45,486 bases of DNA from a virus (lineage: Duplodnaviria; Heunggongvirae; Uroviricota; Caudoviricetes): the IMG/VR virus record IMGVR_UViG_2597489870_000005; one strand, 5' to 3'. Shown here one piece after another: positions 1 through 10,630 of this stretch. The notes under the pieces are model-generated. The model was not told where the DNA came from. It did no database searches and was given only the letters and a program-made list of their open reading frames with translations. How positions within the stretch are numbered: position 1 is the stretch's first letter; each line of letters starts with the position of its first letter. The position numbers and the translations under genes were made by a program.

Positions 1-585
1 CTATTCGATAATGGGTACTGTTGGCCATTCAATATCCGGTGCAGTTGTTGTATTAACACGGTTCAGCAACACCCGATATTTTTTCCAGGCTTCCAGCAAT
101 GAGGTTTCTTCCTCCGTTGCGATCTCCAGATCTACAGCATCCTGAAGTGGCGCTATATGCTCACTGGCTACCTGCATCAGGCTGTTTTTTGTTTCTTCCG
201 CCTCCCGGATCCGGAACAGTTTTTCTGCTTCCGTATCCTTCACCCAGGCTGTACCGTTCCACTTCTGATATTCCCCTTCCGGCGATAACCAGGTGACATT
301 TTCCGGTAACGAGCCAAGTTCAGAAATAAATAACGCGTCGCCGGAAGCCACGTCATAGACGGTTTTTCCCCGATGATCTTCAACGAGATGCCACGATGCC
401 TCATCACTGTTGAAAACAGCCACAAAGCCAGCCGGAATATCTGGTGGTGCAATATCGGTACTGTTTGCTGGCAGACCTGTATGAGGCGGAATATATGCGT
501 CACCTTCACCAATAAATTCATTAGTTCCGGCCAGCAGATTATAAATTTTTATGGTCCGTGCTTGTTCACTCATTCTGAATGCCAT
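1..585 (-). CDS. tfa: Tail fibre assembly protein Tfa
   Basis: 194-aa ORF matching recalled lambda Tfa over its full length (MAFRMSEQ...); start overlaps stf stop. Confidence 0.9.
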   Translation of the reverse strand: MAFRMSEQARTIKIYNLLAGTNEFIGEGDAYIPPHTGLPANSTDIAPPDIPAGFVAVFNSDEASWHLVEDHRGKTVYDVASGDALFISELGSLPENVTWLSPEGEYQKWNGTAWVKDTEAEKLFRIREAEETKNSLMQVASEHIAPLQDAVDLEIATEEETSLLEAWKKYRVLLNRVNTTTAPDIEWPTVPIIE

Positions 586-3500
586 TATGCAAGCCTCACA
601 ATATAGTTAAATGCGATGTTTTTGACGGTGTTTTCCGCGTTACCCGCAGCGTTAACGGTGATGGTGTGTCCATGTGAGCCAATCGCAACGGAGTGCGTAT
701 GAGCACCAATACCGACAGTATGTGCATGTGCGCCTGCGCTTGCAGCAGTGCCGGACAGCGAGTGGGTATGAGCACCATCTGATGATGTCTTCCCTGCATT
801 ACGAGTCTGGCCACTACCGCTTGTTGTGCTCATAATCCCCGCGCTTGGATTTGAAATCGCGGTATAACCATTAGGGAAAATGCTCGTGTTCGTGCCACCA
901 AATGCACCGGAACTCTTGTGTTGGTGCGCGCCGGCACTATTTGCGGTCCCGCTAATACTATGGGTATGCGCCCCGGTGTTATTCGTGGATTTAGTGCCGT
1001 AATCAAACGACGATGTGGTTTTCGTCCCCAAATCAGTACTGGATGCGCTGGCGCTGTGGGTATGCGATTTTATGCCGTCCTGTTCCTGAGACAATACGGC
1101 ACGACCACTGGCGGGCTTGCCCTTAATCGTCCAGCCACGCATATCAGGGATCACGCCTGACGGATAAGCGGCTGCAAGTTTCGGGTAGGCAGATTTGTCA
1201 AAAGTCTGCCCCTGCATCAGGGCATAACCAGACGGAACGGTATCTGATGGCCACGGGATTGGTGCGCCGACTGGGTAGCTTTCTGGTGGAAGATTTTTCG
1301 AGGTATAAACTTCTGCCCAGTCTTCCTCAAAACCATAATCGTCTCTTGAAGAACGGTAGAACAGACCACCATTTCTGTAATGCGCCTTCATCTGCAAGGT
1401 CCGGCAACTTCCGACTCCGGTATAGAAGTTAACCAGAATATAGCTGTCGCCAGAGCGAGTGACATTGTAAGCGCCTGATTCGGCATTCCAGGGAACGCCC
1501 CCATCCGCATCGGCATACGTATCCGTTGCTCTTCTGGCAAAAGCAGCAACATGCGCAGCGGTTAAAGTGATATCAGTAGAACCATCAAACGAAACACCAG
1601 ATATTTTTATTGCTGTCTGAAGTTTCGTAGCTGTATCAGAATTTCCCTTAATCCCCTTAGGAGAATTAAGTGGTGTATTGATCGTCACTTCACCTGTTGC
1701 GTTATTTACTGCAAATGGTCGAAGACCGTTCCAGCCACCGTACTGGTCGCCTTTATCAGTCATGAGCAAGTAAGTATTTGCTCCATCATTTCGCCATATG
1801 ACACCGTAATCACCTGCAATCATTCTTAACGCGTTCTGACTACGGACAATAACTTCATCATTAGCGTAAATCTTATTTCCGCTAATGTCTGACTTACTCA
1901 AAACAGGATACGAACTATAAAATCCATTACCTTGTTTAAAATCTAAAATTAAATTTACCGCAACTGATTCAGAATAAGGATCAGTTGCGCCAAATTTATA
2001 AGTCGTTTCAGCAACAATATAATCAGAAGCAGGTGCAGTAACAGAGAGACCTTCTTCTAAAAAGACCTCTACGGGAAATGCCCCACCTTCTATATAGAAT
2101 ACTCTGTCTACGGTATCGCCTTTATTACTCATCAGAATGGAATGAATAGCGCGTTCCGATGATGAATAAGCCCAGAACATACCACAGGCATAGCTACCCC
2201 GGTCCGTCCAGCCGCCTGAGCAAACAAAACCATTAAACTCACAATTATTCATTCTGTGATTAGCTGAGCGACTTGGCGTTGAAATGACAACGCGGGATGC
2301 CCGATGGCTGTCATTCCTTTTTATCACTAACGGATAATATTTACCTTCCTGGACACCCGCCGGGGCATTTACCACAACGTATCGCATCCCCTTTTTCTGA
2401 TCCACTTCACCTTTGCTGTAAACATTAATGTTACTCAGGAAGCGATCCTTGTCGGGAATATCAGCACCGTTCTGGTCTTTCTGCAGACGTTTCTCTGCAT
2501 TGTCATAGGCTGCTTTTACTGCCTTTGGCGTTGCCGCCAGCGTTTCAGACGTACTGTTGGTCGCACTGCTGAGCTGTACTATCCCCTTTTTCGTCGTACT
2601 TGCATCCTCAAGCGCCACGGCGGATGCAATGTCCTCTGCCCGTTTAGCTGCTGTCTCGGCGCGCGTTGCCGCGGATTCCGCCGTACTTTTGCTCTGAGCT
2701 GCCGCCGTCGCACTGCCAGCAGCCTCTGTCGCCTTCGTGGATGCCGTCGTGGCGCTGCTCTTCGCTGCTGACGCTTGTCTGGTCGCCTCATCTTTTGAAG
2801 CAGACGCCGATGATGCCGATGACGCCGCCGAACTGGCTGACGATGCGGCAGCCGTTTTTGAGGATTCTGCGCCGGTTTCCGACGCTTTCGCGTTCGTTTC
2901 GGATGTCTTCGCTGCGGAAGCTGACCTCGCTGCTGCCGTGGCCTGTTCAGTGGCTTCGCCAGCCTTCGTTGTGGCTGTTGAAGCGGATGATGCGGCGCTT
3001 TCTGCCGACTTTCCGGCAGCGGTGGCACTGGCTGAGGCCTGCCCGGCATTTGTTGACGCGGCGCTGGCAGATGAGGCAGCCGCTGTTTTTGAGTCTGCTG
3101 CTGCGGAGGCACTCTGTGCTGCTGCCGTCTCAGAAGACTTAGCGTTCGTCTCGGACGTTTTTGCCGCCTTCGCGGAATTTGCTGCCGCCGTTGCCGAGGA
3201 AGCTGCGCTACTGGCGCTCGAGGATGCGTTCGTTTCTGATGATTTTGCCGCCTCTTTTGAAGCCGACGCATCCCGGGCTGAGGTGGCAGCTTCTGACGCT
3301 TTTGTAGTCGCGGTGGATGCAGAAGTGGCTGCTGATTGTTGTGACGCTGCAGCATTCGTTTCTGACGTTTTCGCGGCACTGGCACTGGTAGCTGCCGCGC
3401 TTTTTGAGGACTCTGCAGCGGCAGCACTTTTTTCCGCTTCAGTGGCCTTTGTTGATGCCGTTCCTGCGCTGGAAGACGCTGACTGAGCCGACGACGCGGC

Positions 3501-3983
3501 CTGTCCGGCTGACGTGCTGGCTGCGCGTGCTGAGCCTGCAGCATCAGTCGCATGGGTTGCCGCCTCACGGGCTGATGTGCTGGCATCGCTGGCTGACTTC
3601 TTCGCGGCTGCCGTGTTCTGTGCCACCGCGGACGCGTTACGCGCCACCTCTTCCACCATCAGTTCAAAACGGCGCAGTGCCTCAGGACGGGCATCATCCT
3701 CCGTCATGGCACCGAGAAAATCATTCAGCGTACCGGGTCGGGAATCTTCATACACGGTGATGGTCCCGGCATGTGACGGCGGGAATCCCTCCACCAACAG
3801 AATAACGCTGTACTGCCCGTACTCAACGTCCATGCTGTAACGCCCGGCTTCATCCGGATTTTCTGAGGCCAGCGTGTTCACCACCACCGTGGTGCTGTTA
3901 CGTTTTGCTTTCAGCTGGATTGTGCAGTTCTGTACCGGTTTTCCTGTGCCGTCTTTCAGTACACCTGAAATCTTTACTGCCAT
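585..3983 (-). CDS. stf: Side tail fibre protein Stf
   Basis: About 1132 aa from ATG at 3983 (track extends to a GTG at 3989); Ala/Ser-rich collagen-like region and C-terminal GAHTHS-type His repeats typical of lambdoid side tail fibres; followed by tfa. Confidence 0.85.
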   Translation of the reverse strand: MAVKISGVLKDGTGKPVQNCTIQLKAKRNSTTVVVNTLASENPDEAGRYSMDVEYGQYSVILLVEGFPPSHAGTITVYEDSRPGTLNDFLGAMTEDDARPEALRRFELMVEEVARNASAVAQNTAAAKKSASDASTSAREAATHATDAAGSARAASTSAGQAASSAQSASSSAGTASTKATEAEKSAAAAESSKSAAATSASAAKTSETNAAASQQSAATSASTATTKASEAATSARDASASKEAAKSSETNASSSASSAASSATAAANSAKAAKTSETNAKSSETAAAQSASAAADSKTAAASSASAASTNAGQASASATAAGKSAESAASSASTATTKAGEATEQATAAARSASAAKTSETNAKASETGAESSKTAAASSASSAASSASSASASKDEATRQASAAKSSATTASTKATEAAGSATAAAQSKSTAESAATRAETAAKRAEDIASAVALEDASTTKKGIVQLSSATNSTSETLAATPKAVKAAYDNAEKRLQKDQNGADIPDKDRFLSNINVYSKGEVDQKKGMRYVVVNAPAGVQEGKYYPLVIKRNDSHRASRVVISTPSRSANHRMNNCEFNGFVCSGGWTDRGSYACGMFWAYSSSERAIHSILMSNKGDTVDRVFYIEGGAFPVEVFLEEGLSVTAPASDYIVAETTYKFGATDPYSESVAVNLILDFKQGNGFYSSYPVLSKSDISGNKIYANDEVIVRSQNALRMIAGDYGVIWRNDGANTYLLMTDKGDQYGGWNGLRPFAVNNATGEVTINTPLNSPKGIKGNSDTATKLQTAIKISGVSFDGSTDITLTAAHVAAFARRATDTYADADGGVPWNAESGAYNVTRSGDSYILVNFYTGVGSCRTLQMKAHYRNGGLFYRSSRDDYGFEEDWAEVYTSKNLPPESYPVGAPIPWPSDTVPSGYALMQGQTFDKSAYPKLAAAYPSGVIPDMRGWTIKGKPASGRAVLSQEQDGIKSHTHSASASSTDLGTKTTSSFDYGTKSTNNTGAHTHSISGTANSAGAHQHKSSGAFGGTNTSIFPNGYTAISNPSAGIMSTTSGSGQTRNAGKTSSDGAHTHSLSGTAASAGAHAHTVGIGAHTHSVAIGSHGHTITVNAAGNAENTVKNIAFNYIVRLA

Positions 3984-3992
3984 ATTCACCCC

Positions 3993-4021
3993 ACAAAAAA
4001 GCCCGCCTGAACCGGCGGGCT
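3993..4021 (-). terminator. Rho-independent terminator downstream of lom
   Basis: GC stem gcccgcc/ggcgggc (4001-4007 / 4014-4020), loop tgaacc, then U-tract on minus strand (3995-4000). Confidence 0.7.
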
Positions 4022-4047
4022 GTCATAACACTGTGTTACCTGGCTAA

Positions 4048-4647
4048 TCAGAATTTATAACCGACACCCACGATGAAACCGTCAGTGCGCCAGTCACCAC
4101 TGCCGGAGCCTTCATAAGCAATATCAATGGCCACGGATTCGGTCGGGTTAAACTGCACGCCAGCCCCCCACGCCAGAGACGTGTTGCTGTGGCGACCGTC
4201 ATCACTTCCGGTCAGCACATCGTGCTTTTTCCCCTTGTTGTCAGTTACGCGAAGATAATCCCCGGAGAAAGTCGACACACGGCTGTAAGCCATACCCGCC
4301 ATCGCATACGCGCTGAACCATTCATTCACGCGCACAGACGGCCCCGCCATCACGCTGAACCAGCGGTTACGCACTGAATCTTCATGCCAGCGGGTATCGC
4401 TGTAACGGGTAAGCTGGCGATTCTTGTCTCCTGCATAGCTGAATGACGTCACCAGCCCCAGTGTGTCCGTAAACTCATAACGGTATTTCACGTTAATCCC
4501 GTTAAGATCATCACTGCCGGGAACGTTCGTCAAGGCATGAAGATACCCCGCGCTCAGCGTGGACTGATGTTCAGATGCCCATGCAGGCGCACCGGATACG
4601 GCCAGACAAATGGCTGCGGACAAAATTGCTGCACAAACTTTACGCAT
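4048..4647 (-). CDS. lom: Outer-membrane protein Lom (Ail/Lom/PagC family)
   Basis: 199-aa ORF with signal peptide and C-terminal ...[23 protein letters not shown] matching lambda Lom; located between J and stf. Confidence 0.85.
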   Translation of the reverse strand: MRKVCAAILSAAICLAVSGAPAWASEHQSTLSAGYLHALTNVPGSDDLNGINVKYRYEFTDTLGLVTSFSYAGDKNRQLTRYSDTRWHEDSVRNRWFSVMAGPSVRVNEWFSAYAMAGMAYSRVSTFSGDYLRVTDNKGKKHDVLTGSDDGRHSNTSLAWGAGVQFNPTESVAIDIAYEGSGSGDWRTDGFIVGVGYKF

Positions 4648-4671
4648 AATTACCTCTCGCTTTTCTGCAAT

Positions 4672-4696
4672 AAAAAAGGCGTCATTCCTGACGCCC
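4672..4696 (-). terminator. Rho-independent terminator downstream of J, upstream of lom
   Basis: Stem ggcgtca/tgacgcc with loop ttcc, followed on minus strand by U6 (4672-4677). Confidence 0.7.
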
Positions 4697-4717
4697 TTTA
4701 TTGGGGTTATAAATATT

Positions 4718-7700
4718 TCAACGAATACTGATGCCGGAAGCAGCCTTTTTGGTCACAATCACCGTACAGTCGGTGATATTACCTGCCCCCTGATTGCCTT
4801 TCTGGAAAATCTTAAACTCCAGAGTGACGCTTCCTCTGCCACTCGGCATATCAATAACCGCACTGTAACTACCGGGAATGGCCCCTTTAGTTTCTCTGGA
4901 TGCGATTAATACGCCGTTTTTGCGAACTTCAAAACCATAACCTGTGTATCTCGTGCCTCCGGGGTTATTTCCGCTCCCAGGATCGTCATACGCCACACCG
5001 TTAAAAATAATGGGCGGAATAATGATTTGACGGTCAAAGTTATGATCATCGCTGATAGTGACTGTAACCGTCCCGTTTGGTGTTTCCGTGTTACCCCACG
5101 TACCAGCCTTCTTCGGGAATGATTTGGATACTGTTTTAACAAAATCGCCTCTGACCTGATTCGCCTCCAGCATGCCCTTAATCGTACAGTTCTCATTTAT
5201 CGTGACGTTGTTTAGCGTCCCGGCGTTCGCATTCACACTGCCACTGATATCCGCATTTTTCGCCGTCAGTCGCCCGTCCGGTGTCAGGGAAAATGCCGGA
5301 GGATTACCGCCGCTGGTAATGGTGGGAGCCGTCAGATATTTCAGGAACACTTCATTCATGAATATCTGATCGCCCTGACCAACAAACATCGGCTTTGTGT
5401 TGCCATTCGCAGGATTAATCATCGCAATCCTGTCTGCCGCCAGCAGCACCTGACTCTGCATGCCGTCGGGGGTGTTCTCAATACCGGCACCGATACCCGC
5501 AATATAAAGGCGTCCGTCCTGCATCTGCTGCAGCTTCACAGCCCACATGCTGTTCAGGTTATTATTTGTATCAACCTGAACTTTCTGTATCTGCTGGATC
5601 GCTGCACTCTGGTCTTCCAGTTTCTTATTGACGGTCTGTGTGATTTCATTGCTGACATCCGTAATGGACGTCCTGATTTCAGCCAGGTCAGGCGCAAGCT
5701 GACCGTTATCAATCTGCGTCCACAGCTCCTGAGCCAGATGGGTTTTCCCTATCTCGCCTTTGAAAAAATCCAGATAGCCGGATGCATCATCACTCGGCTG
5801 ACCAACAGCCTCCACGAATGCCGATTTGCCAACGGTGTTCACACTGCGGATATAAAAGTAATAATCATGGCCCGGTTTGATATTGATACTGGCGGCTATC
5901 CAGTACAGCGCCGTACCAAGATAGCGCGCTGTGGTTTCAACCTTCCTGATATCGGTAATCCGCTTTTCCGAGAACCAGAACTCAAACTGTACCGTCGGGT
6001 CATAAACGGCAAGATGCGGCGTGGCGGTTATCTGAAAATAGCCCGGCGTCAGCTCAATCCTCGACGGTGCTGCCGGTGCGGCAATCCGGAACGATACCGA
6101 CGCCGGATCGCCCTGCTGCCCCCACGCATTTACCGCCCGGACTGTCAGCCTGTAGTTCCCCAGCGCCAGTTGCCTGAAGCGGTATGTGGTTTCCGTCGTC
6201 CGGGCCGTGCTGACCAGCCGCTCACTGCCGTCGTCCGCTGTTACGGTCAGACGGAGCAGGAAGCTCACCCCCTTCACCACCTTCGGCGTGTCCCAGCGCG
6301 CCAGCACCTGATATTCCCCGCTGTCTGCGGTGACTTCGGCAGTCAGGTGTTGCACCGCTGGCGGCGTGACACCATTCACCGTGCCGCTCTGGTCGCCGTC
6401 AAAGTGCGCCCCGTTATCCACGATGGCCTCTTTTTCCGGTACATGCTGCACGGCGGTGATGGCATACGTGCCGTCATCGTTCTCACGGATACTCACGCAG
6501 CGGAACAGGCGCTGGCGCAGCGTCGGCAGCTTCAGCCCCCATACGCTGTATCCGGCAACGCCGTCAGGAACACGGCTCACTTTCACCTTCACGCCGTCGG
6601 TGACGGACTGGACCTCCACGCTGACCGGACTCCCCTGCCCGTCAACCAGGCTTATCAGCGTGGTACCGGAAGATGGCAGCGTGATTTCACGGTCGAGCGT
6701 CAGCGTCCGGGTCTGGCTGTTCACCGCCAGCACGCGCCCACCGGTGCTGATACCGGCATAGTCATCATCGCAGATTTCAATGACATCGCCCGGTACATGG
6801 CGAAGCCCTTCGGCACCCACGCTGAAGTCCACGGTCTGCGTCTCCAGCAGCTCCGTTTTAATCAGCCACAGCCCGGCGCGGTGTGCCTGCCCCCGGCTGG
6901 TACAGCCAAAGGCATCCATCTTCGTGACGTTACGACCGTAACGGGCAATGGCCTGCGAGTCCTCCACAAGCTCTGTCGCCGTCTCCCAGCCGTTATCCGG
7001 GTCAATCCAGTTCACTTCAACGGCATTATGGCGGTCTTTCAGGGCGCTGAAGCTGTAGCGGAACGGTGCGCCATCATCCGGCATCACCACATTACTGCGG
7101 TTATAGGTCCACACCTTATCCGATGGTCTGTCCTGCACGAACGTCAGCGTCTGCCCGTTCCATACCGGCATACAGCGCATCGCCGAACAAAAATCACTGA
7201 GCACATCCCACGCCTTGCGCTGTGTGGTCAGGTACGCATTACAGGTGATGCGCGGCTCCGTGCCGCCAAAGCCGTCCGGCACTGACTGGTCGCAGTACTG
7301 GCCGATGACATACAGCGCCCATTTATCCACATCCGCCGCACCAAGACGTTTTCCCATGCCGTAGCGCGGGTGGGTCAGCATATCCCACAGACACCAGGCC
7401 ATGTTGTTGCTGTATGCTGGCTTAAACGTTCCGTCCCAGATACCGCTGTATTGCCGCGTCTGCGGGTTATAGTTCGACGGCACCTGCAGAATGCGCCCGC
7501 GAAGATGATAATTACGGCTCACCTGCTGGCTGCCGAACTGCTCCGAGTCCACCTGCACGCCGACCAGTGCCGTGTTCGGGTAGCCCTGTTTCACATCGAT
7601 GATTTCGGTGTATGACGACCAGAGCGTTTTGTTCTGCAGCTGGTCTGTGGTGCTGTCCGGCGTCATCCTGCGCATCCGGATATTGAACGGGCGCGGCGGC

Positions 7701-8215
7701 AGGTTATCCACCACCACCGAGGCCAGATACTGTGAAGTGGTTTTACCCTTAATGGTGATGTCTTTTTCCGTCACCCAGCCACCGTTACGTTGTATCTGAA
7801 CCAGCAGGCGGACTTCCGATGGATTCCTGTCCCCCTTTGAGGTGGTTTCCACCAGTGCCTGCACGCCGAAAGTAAAGCGCAGTCGGTCGATGTTTGCCGA
7901 CGTGATGGTCCGGGTGATCGGCGTGTCATATTTCACTTCCGTACCCAGCACCGTCTCGGAGCCGGAGGATTCAAATCCCTCCGGCGGTGTCTGCTCCTGC
8001 TCACCGGCCCGGAACACCACCGTGACGCCGGATATATTGGTATTCCCCTCACTGTCCAGCACCGGCGTACTGTTCAGCAGCACGCTTTTTAATCCATCCA
8101 CCGGACCTTCAACCGGCCCTTCGCTGATGGCATCGATCACACTCAGCAGCTGCGTGGACTTCAGGTTGTCCTTCGCTTCGCGCGGGGTATGCCCCTTACT
8201 GCTTCCTTTACCCAT
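4718..8215 (-). CDS. J: Tail tip host-specificity protein J
   Basis: 1165-aa ORF directly downstream of I-K-L-M; size and position as lambda J. Confidence 0.9.
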   Translation of the reverse strand: MGKGSSKGHTPREAKDNLKSTQLLSVIDAISEGPVEGPVDGLKSVLLNSTPVLDSEGNTNISGVTVVFRAGEQEQTPPEGFESSGSETVLGTEVKYDTPITRTITSANIDRLRFTFGVQALVETTSKGDRNPSEVRLLVQIQRNGGWVTEKDITIKGKTTSQYLASVVVDNLPPRPFNIRMRRMTPDSTTDQLQNKTLWSSYTEIIDVKQGYPNTALVGVQVDSEQFGSQQVSRNYHLRGRILQVPSNYNPQTRQYSGIWDGTFKPAYSNNMAWCLWDMLTHPRYGMGKRLGAADVDKWALYVIGQYCDQSVPDGFGGTEPRITCNAYLTTQRKAWDVLSDFCSAMRCMPVWNGQTLTFVQDRPSDKVWTYNRSNVVMPDDGAPFRYSFSALKDRHNAVEVNWIDPDNGWETATELVEDSQAIARYGRNVTKMDAFGCTSRGQAHRAGLWLIKTELLETQTVDFSVGAEGLRHVPGDVIEICDDDYAGISTGGRVLAVNSQTRTLTLDREITLPSSGTTLISLVDGQGSPVSVEVQSVTDGVKVKVSRVPDGVAGYSVWGLKLPTLRQRLFRCVSIRENDDGTYAITAVQHVPEKEAIVDNGAHFDGDQSGTVNGVTPPAVQHLTAEVTADSGEYQVLARWDTPKVVKGVSFLLRLTVTADDGSERLVSTARTTETTYRFRQLALGNYRLTVRAVNAWGQQGDPASVSFRIAAPAAPSRIELTPGYFQITATPHLAVYDPTVQFEFWFSEKRITDIRKVETTARYLGTALYWIAASINIKPGHDYYFYIRSVNTVGKSAFVEAVGQPSDDASGYLDFFKGEIGKTHLAQELWTQIDNGQLAPDLAEIRTSITDVSNEITQTVNKKLEDQSAAIQQIQKVQVDTNNNLNSMWAVKLQQMQDGRLYIAGIGAGIENTPDGMQSQVLLAADRIAMINPANGNTKPMFVGQGDQIFMNEVFLKYLTAPTITSGGNPPAFSLTPDGRLTAKNADISGSVNANAGTLNNVTINENCTIKGMLEANQVRGDFVKTVSKSFPKKAGTWGNTETPNGTVTVTISDDHNFDRQIIIPPIIFNGVAYDDPGSGNNPGGTRYTGYGFEVRKNGVLIASRETKGAIPGSYSAVIDMPSGRGSVTLEFKIFQKGNQGAGNITDCTVIVTKKAASGISIR

Positions 8216-8235
8216 TCCTCACGCTCCATAAATGA

Positions 8236-8257
8236 CAAAACCGCCCGCAGGCGGTTT
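8236..8257 (-). other. Stem-loop between I and J (weak terminator or attenuator)
   Basis: Stem aaccgcc/ggcggtt with loop cgca; trailing U-run is interrupted (uuuugucauuu). Confidence 0.3.
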
Positions 8258-8275
8258 CACATAAAACATTTTGCA

Positions 8276-8947
8276 TCAGCGACCAATCACCACAACCTGA
8301 CCACCGTCCCCTTCGTCTGCCGTGCTGATCTCCTGAGAAACCACGCGTGACCCCACGCGCATTTCACCGTACAGAACAGGCAGAACATTGCCCTGGGCAA
8401 CCATGTTATCCAGTGACGAGAAATACGTGTTCTGCTTACCGTTATCCGTGCTGGTCGTTGTTGCGGTACTGGCTTTCGGTGCCAGCATCTGGGCCACACC
8501 ACCGAGCACCATACTGGCACCGAGAGAAAACAGGATGCCGGTCATACCACCTGCCCCAATGGCTGCCCCCCATGCTGCAAGGGTGGCTCCGGCAGTAAAG
8601 AATGATCCAGCAATGGCGGCAGCCCCCAGAACAATCTGGAATACGCCCCCTGACTTGGCCCCGGCGACTCTGGGAACAATATGAATCACAGCGCCGTCAG
8701 GCAGAACCTCATGTAACTGCGCCGTCAATCCGGACGTGCTGACGTCCCGCCCGGCAATCCGTACCTGATACCAGCCGTCGCTCAGTTTCTGACGAAACGC
8801 CGGGAGCTGTGTGGCCAGCGCCCGGATGGCTTCGGCCCCCGTTTTCACACGAAGGTCGATGCGGCGGCCAAATCGTTGTAAATCCCCGTAAAGGCAGATG
8901 CGTGCCATGCCCGGTGACGCCAGAGGGAGTGTGTGCGTCGCTGCCAT
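8276..8947 (-). CDS. I: Tail assembly protein I
   Basis: 223-aa ORF matching recalled lambda I (MAATHTLPLASPGMARICLYGDLQRFG...). Confidence 0.85.
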   Translation of the reverse strand: MAATHTLPLASPGMARICLYGDLQRFGRRIDLRVKTGAEAIRALATQLPAFRQKLSDGWYQVRIAGRDVSTSGLTAQLHEVLPDGAVIHIVPRVAGAKSGGVFQIVLGAAAIAGSFFTAGATLAAWGAAIGAGGMTGILFSLGASMVLGGVAQMLAPKASTATTTSTDNGKQNTYFSSLDNMVAQGNVLPVLYGEMRVGSRVVSQEISTADEGDGGQVVVIGR

Positions 8948-9588
8948 TTGTCTGTATACCTCTCTCGTTTGCTCAGTTGTTCAGGAATATGGTGCAACAG
9001 CTCGCCGTCGCCGCAGTAAATGGCGGCATGATTCGGCACCGATGAACCAAAACAGCACAGCAGCACATCGCCCGGCTGCGCCGCTGACAACGGCACCTGA
9101 TACAGCCCTGTGGCCTCCAGATTATCCAGATAGAGATTCTGACCGTGACGCCACCAGTCATCCCCGCGATGAAAATCCGGCATCTCAATTCCCGCCAGAT
9201 GGTAAGCATCCCGGAACAGCGTGTAACAGTCCGTCACCCCGTGCTCAAAGCGCCGCCCGGTGAGATGCGGCACACAGCGGAATTTATGAATCGCCCCCCG
9301 GCAGACCAGCCACCACGGCAAATCACTCTGCACCTGCAGCCGCCGGTCGGCCTCACTCAGCCAGGGCAGACCACCGGGGTGACTGTGGACCAGTGCCACA
9401 ATCTCACCCTGCATCTCTGCCCGCAGCCAGTCCTCCGGCGACATCCGGAAATACTCCTCCGGCTCACCGGAGATATTCACGCAGGGAAAATATCTTTCTC
9501 CCTCCGGCGTTTTCACCACGAAGCCGCACGACTCCGCTGGCGCACATCGGCGGGCGTGCGCCAGAATCGCTGATTCTGTCTCTGTCAT
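8845..9588 (-). CDS. K: Tail assembly protein K (MPN/JAMM plus NlpC/P60-like)
   Basis: 247-aa ORF with JAMM-like HSHPGG...SEAD motif; overlaps I start as in lambda; true start may be internal. Confidence 0.75.
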   Translation of the reverse strand: MTETESAILAHARRCAPAESCGFVVKTPEGERYFPCVNISGEPEEYFRMSPEDWLRAEMQGEIVALVHSHPGGLPWLSEADRRLQVQSDLPWWLVCRGAIHKFRCVPHLTGRRFEHGVTDCYTLFRDAYHLAGIEMPDFHRGDDWWRHGQNLYLDNLEATGLYQVPLSAAQPGDVLLCCFGSSVPNHAAIYCGDGELLHHIPEQLSKRERYTDKWQRRTHSLWRHRAWHASAFTGIYNDLAAASTFV

Positions 9589-9593
9589 GGGAT

Positions 9594-10292
9594 TTACTGC
9601 GAAAGTTTGTTAATGGAAAGGAAGCTGCCAAAGTTGCCGACATTATTGCGAAACTTACAGCCACTCAGGCATTTGCTGCATTTATCCTTCGTGATATCGG
9701 ACGTCGGCTGGTCATATTCATCCGCGACCGCCGGACCGCTATAACCGCACTCATCGCCGCGATAGGTCCAGGTGCAGGTGTTGGCCAGCATGATACGTCC
9801 CGGAAAAACAGCGCCATCCGTTTCAGTCGGCGTGGACAGTACAAAAGAGGCACTGACCGCGCTCAGTTCGCTGCACTGCTCGATGCGCCAGCGGCTGATC
9901 ACCTCCTGCTCCGGATCGGCTTCGCTGTTTCCGTTGACGAAGTTCACCGCATCCAGAAAGCGGGCGTAAACCTTACGCCGGACCACCGTTCCGCCGACCA
10001 GACTCTGCAGATCTTCCGCCATCCCGGTGATCATGCCGTGCAGGTTAGAGACCGTCAGTGTCGGACGGGCAGCACTGCCCTTGCCGTTCATCTCAAATCC
10101 ACTCCCCTGAATGGGATAGGCCTCATACTGCCGACTCTGCCAGGTGACAGACTCACCTTTTTCGTTCTGCTCATTACAGAAAAAGTAGCGATCCCCGCCT
10201 ACCTCGGTCAGGTCGATTTCCCAGAGCACCACGCTGGCCGACTGCTCCGCACGAATGCATTCATTCAGCGTTTCCTGTTGTATGTCCTGCAT
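9594..10292 (-). CDS. L: Minor tail protein L
   Basis: 232-aa ORF matching recalled lambda L ([12 protein letters not shown]...GFLSINKLSQ). Confidence 0.85.
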   Translation of the reverse strand: MQDIQQETLNECIRAEQSASVVLWEIDLTEVGGDRYFFCNEQNEKGESVTWQSRQYEAYPIQGSGFEMNGKGSAARPTLTVSNLHGMITGMAEDLQSLVGGTVVRRKVYARFLDAVNFVNGNSEADPEQEVISRWRIEQCSELSAVSASFVLSTPTETDGAVFPGRIMLANTCTWTYRGDECGYSGPAVADEYDQPTSDITKDKCSKCLSGCKFRNNVGNFGSFLSINKLSQ

Positions 10293-10630
10293 CAGATCAC
10301 CACTTCGTCAAACTGACACGAAAAATCGGTATAGGTGATATGTTCTGTCGCTGACCACGTTCGACACACCACTCTGATTTTTCTGTTAATACCCGGCGGG
10401 CGCCAAAAAAAAGATTTATAGCCTTCATGCCGGGCTAAAAATTTTTCAAATGAATCACGTTCATTCGCCTCAACTTTGAAATCACAGGTGAAAACGCGCA
10501 GAGAATGATTAAGTCCATTTGGACTTCGTTGCTCATAACCATCGCCAAATCTTACAGTTTTTATCGATGGTTTATTTTCTGTTTTCATTCCATCCTCTGG
10601 TAACCAGTGAAATTCTTCCGTATTAGCCAC
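10292..10630 (-). CDS. M: Minor tail protein M
   Basis: 112-aa ORF between H and L, overlapping both as in lambda. Confidence 0.75.

Noticed and set aside
2579-3840. Several long ORFs on both strands inside stf (335, 249, 158, 118, 108 aa), some Arg/Pro/Gln-rich
   Set aside because: They lie within the GC-rich repetitive Stf region and have extreme composition; they are frame artefacts of the low-complexity coding sequence.
5738-7285. 515-aa plus-strand ORF antisense to J
   Set aside because: Entirely inside the well-supported J gene; Arg/Pro-rich composition and no start context. Treated as an antisense artefact.
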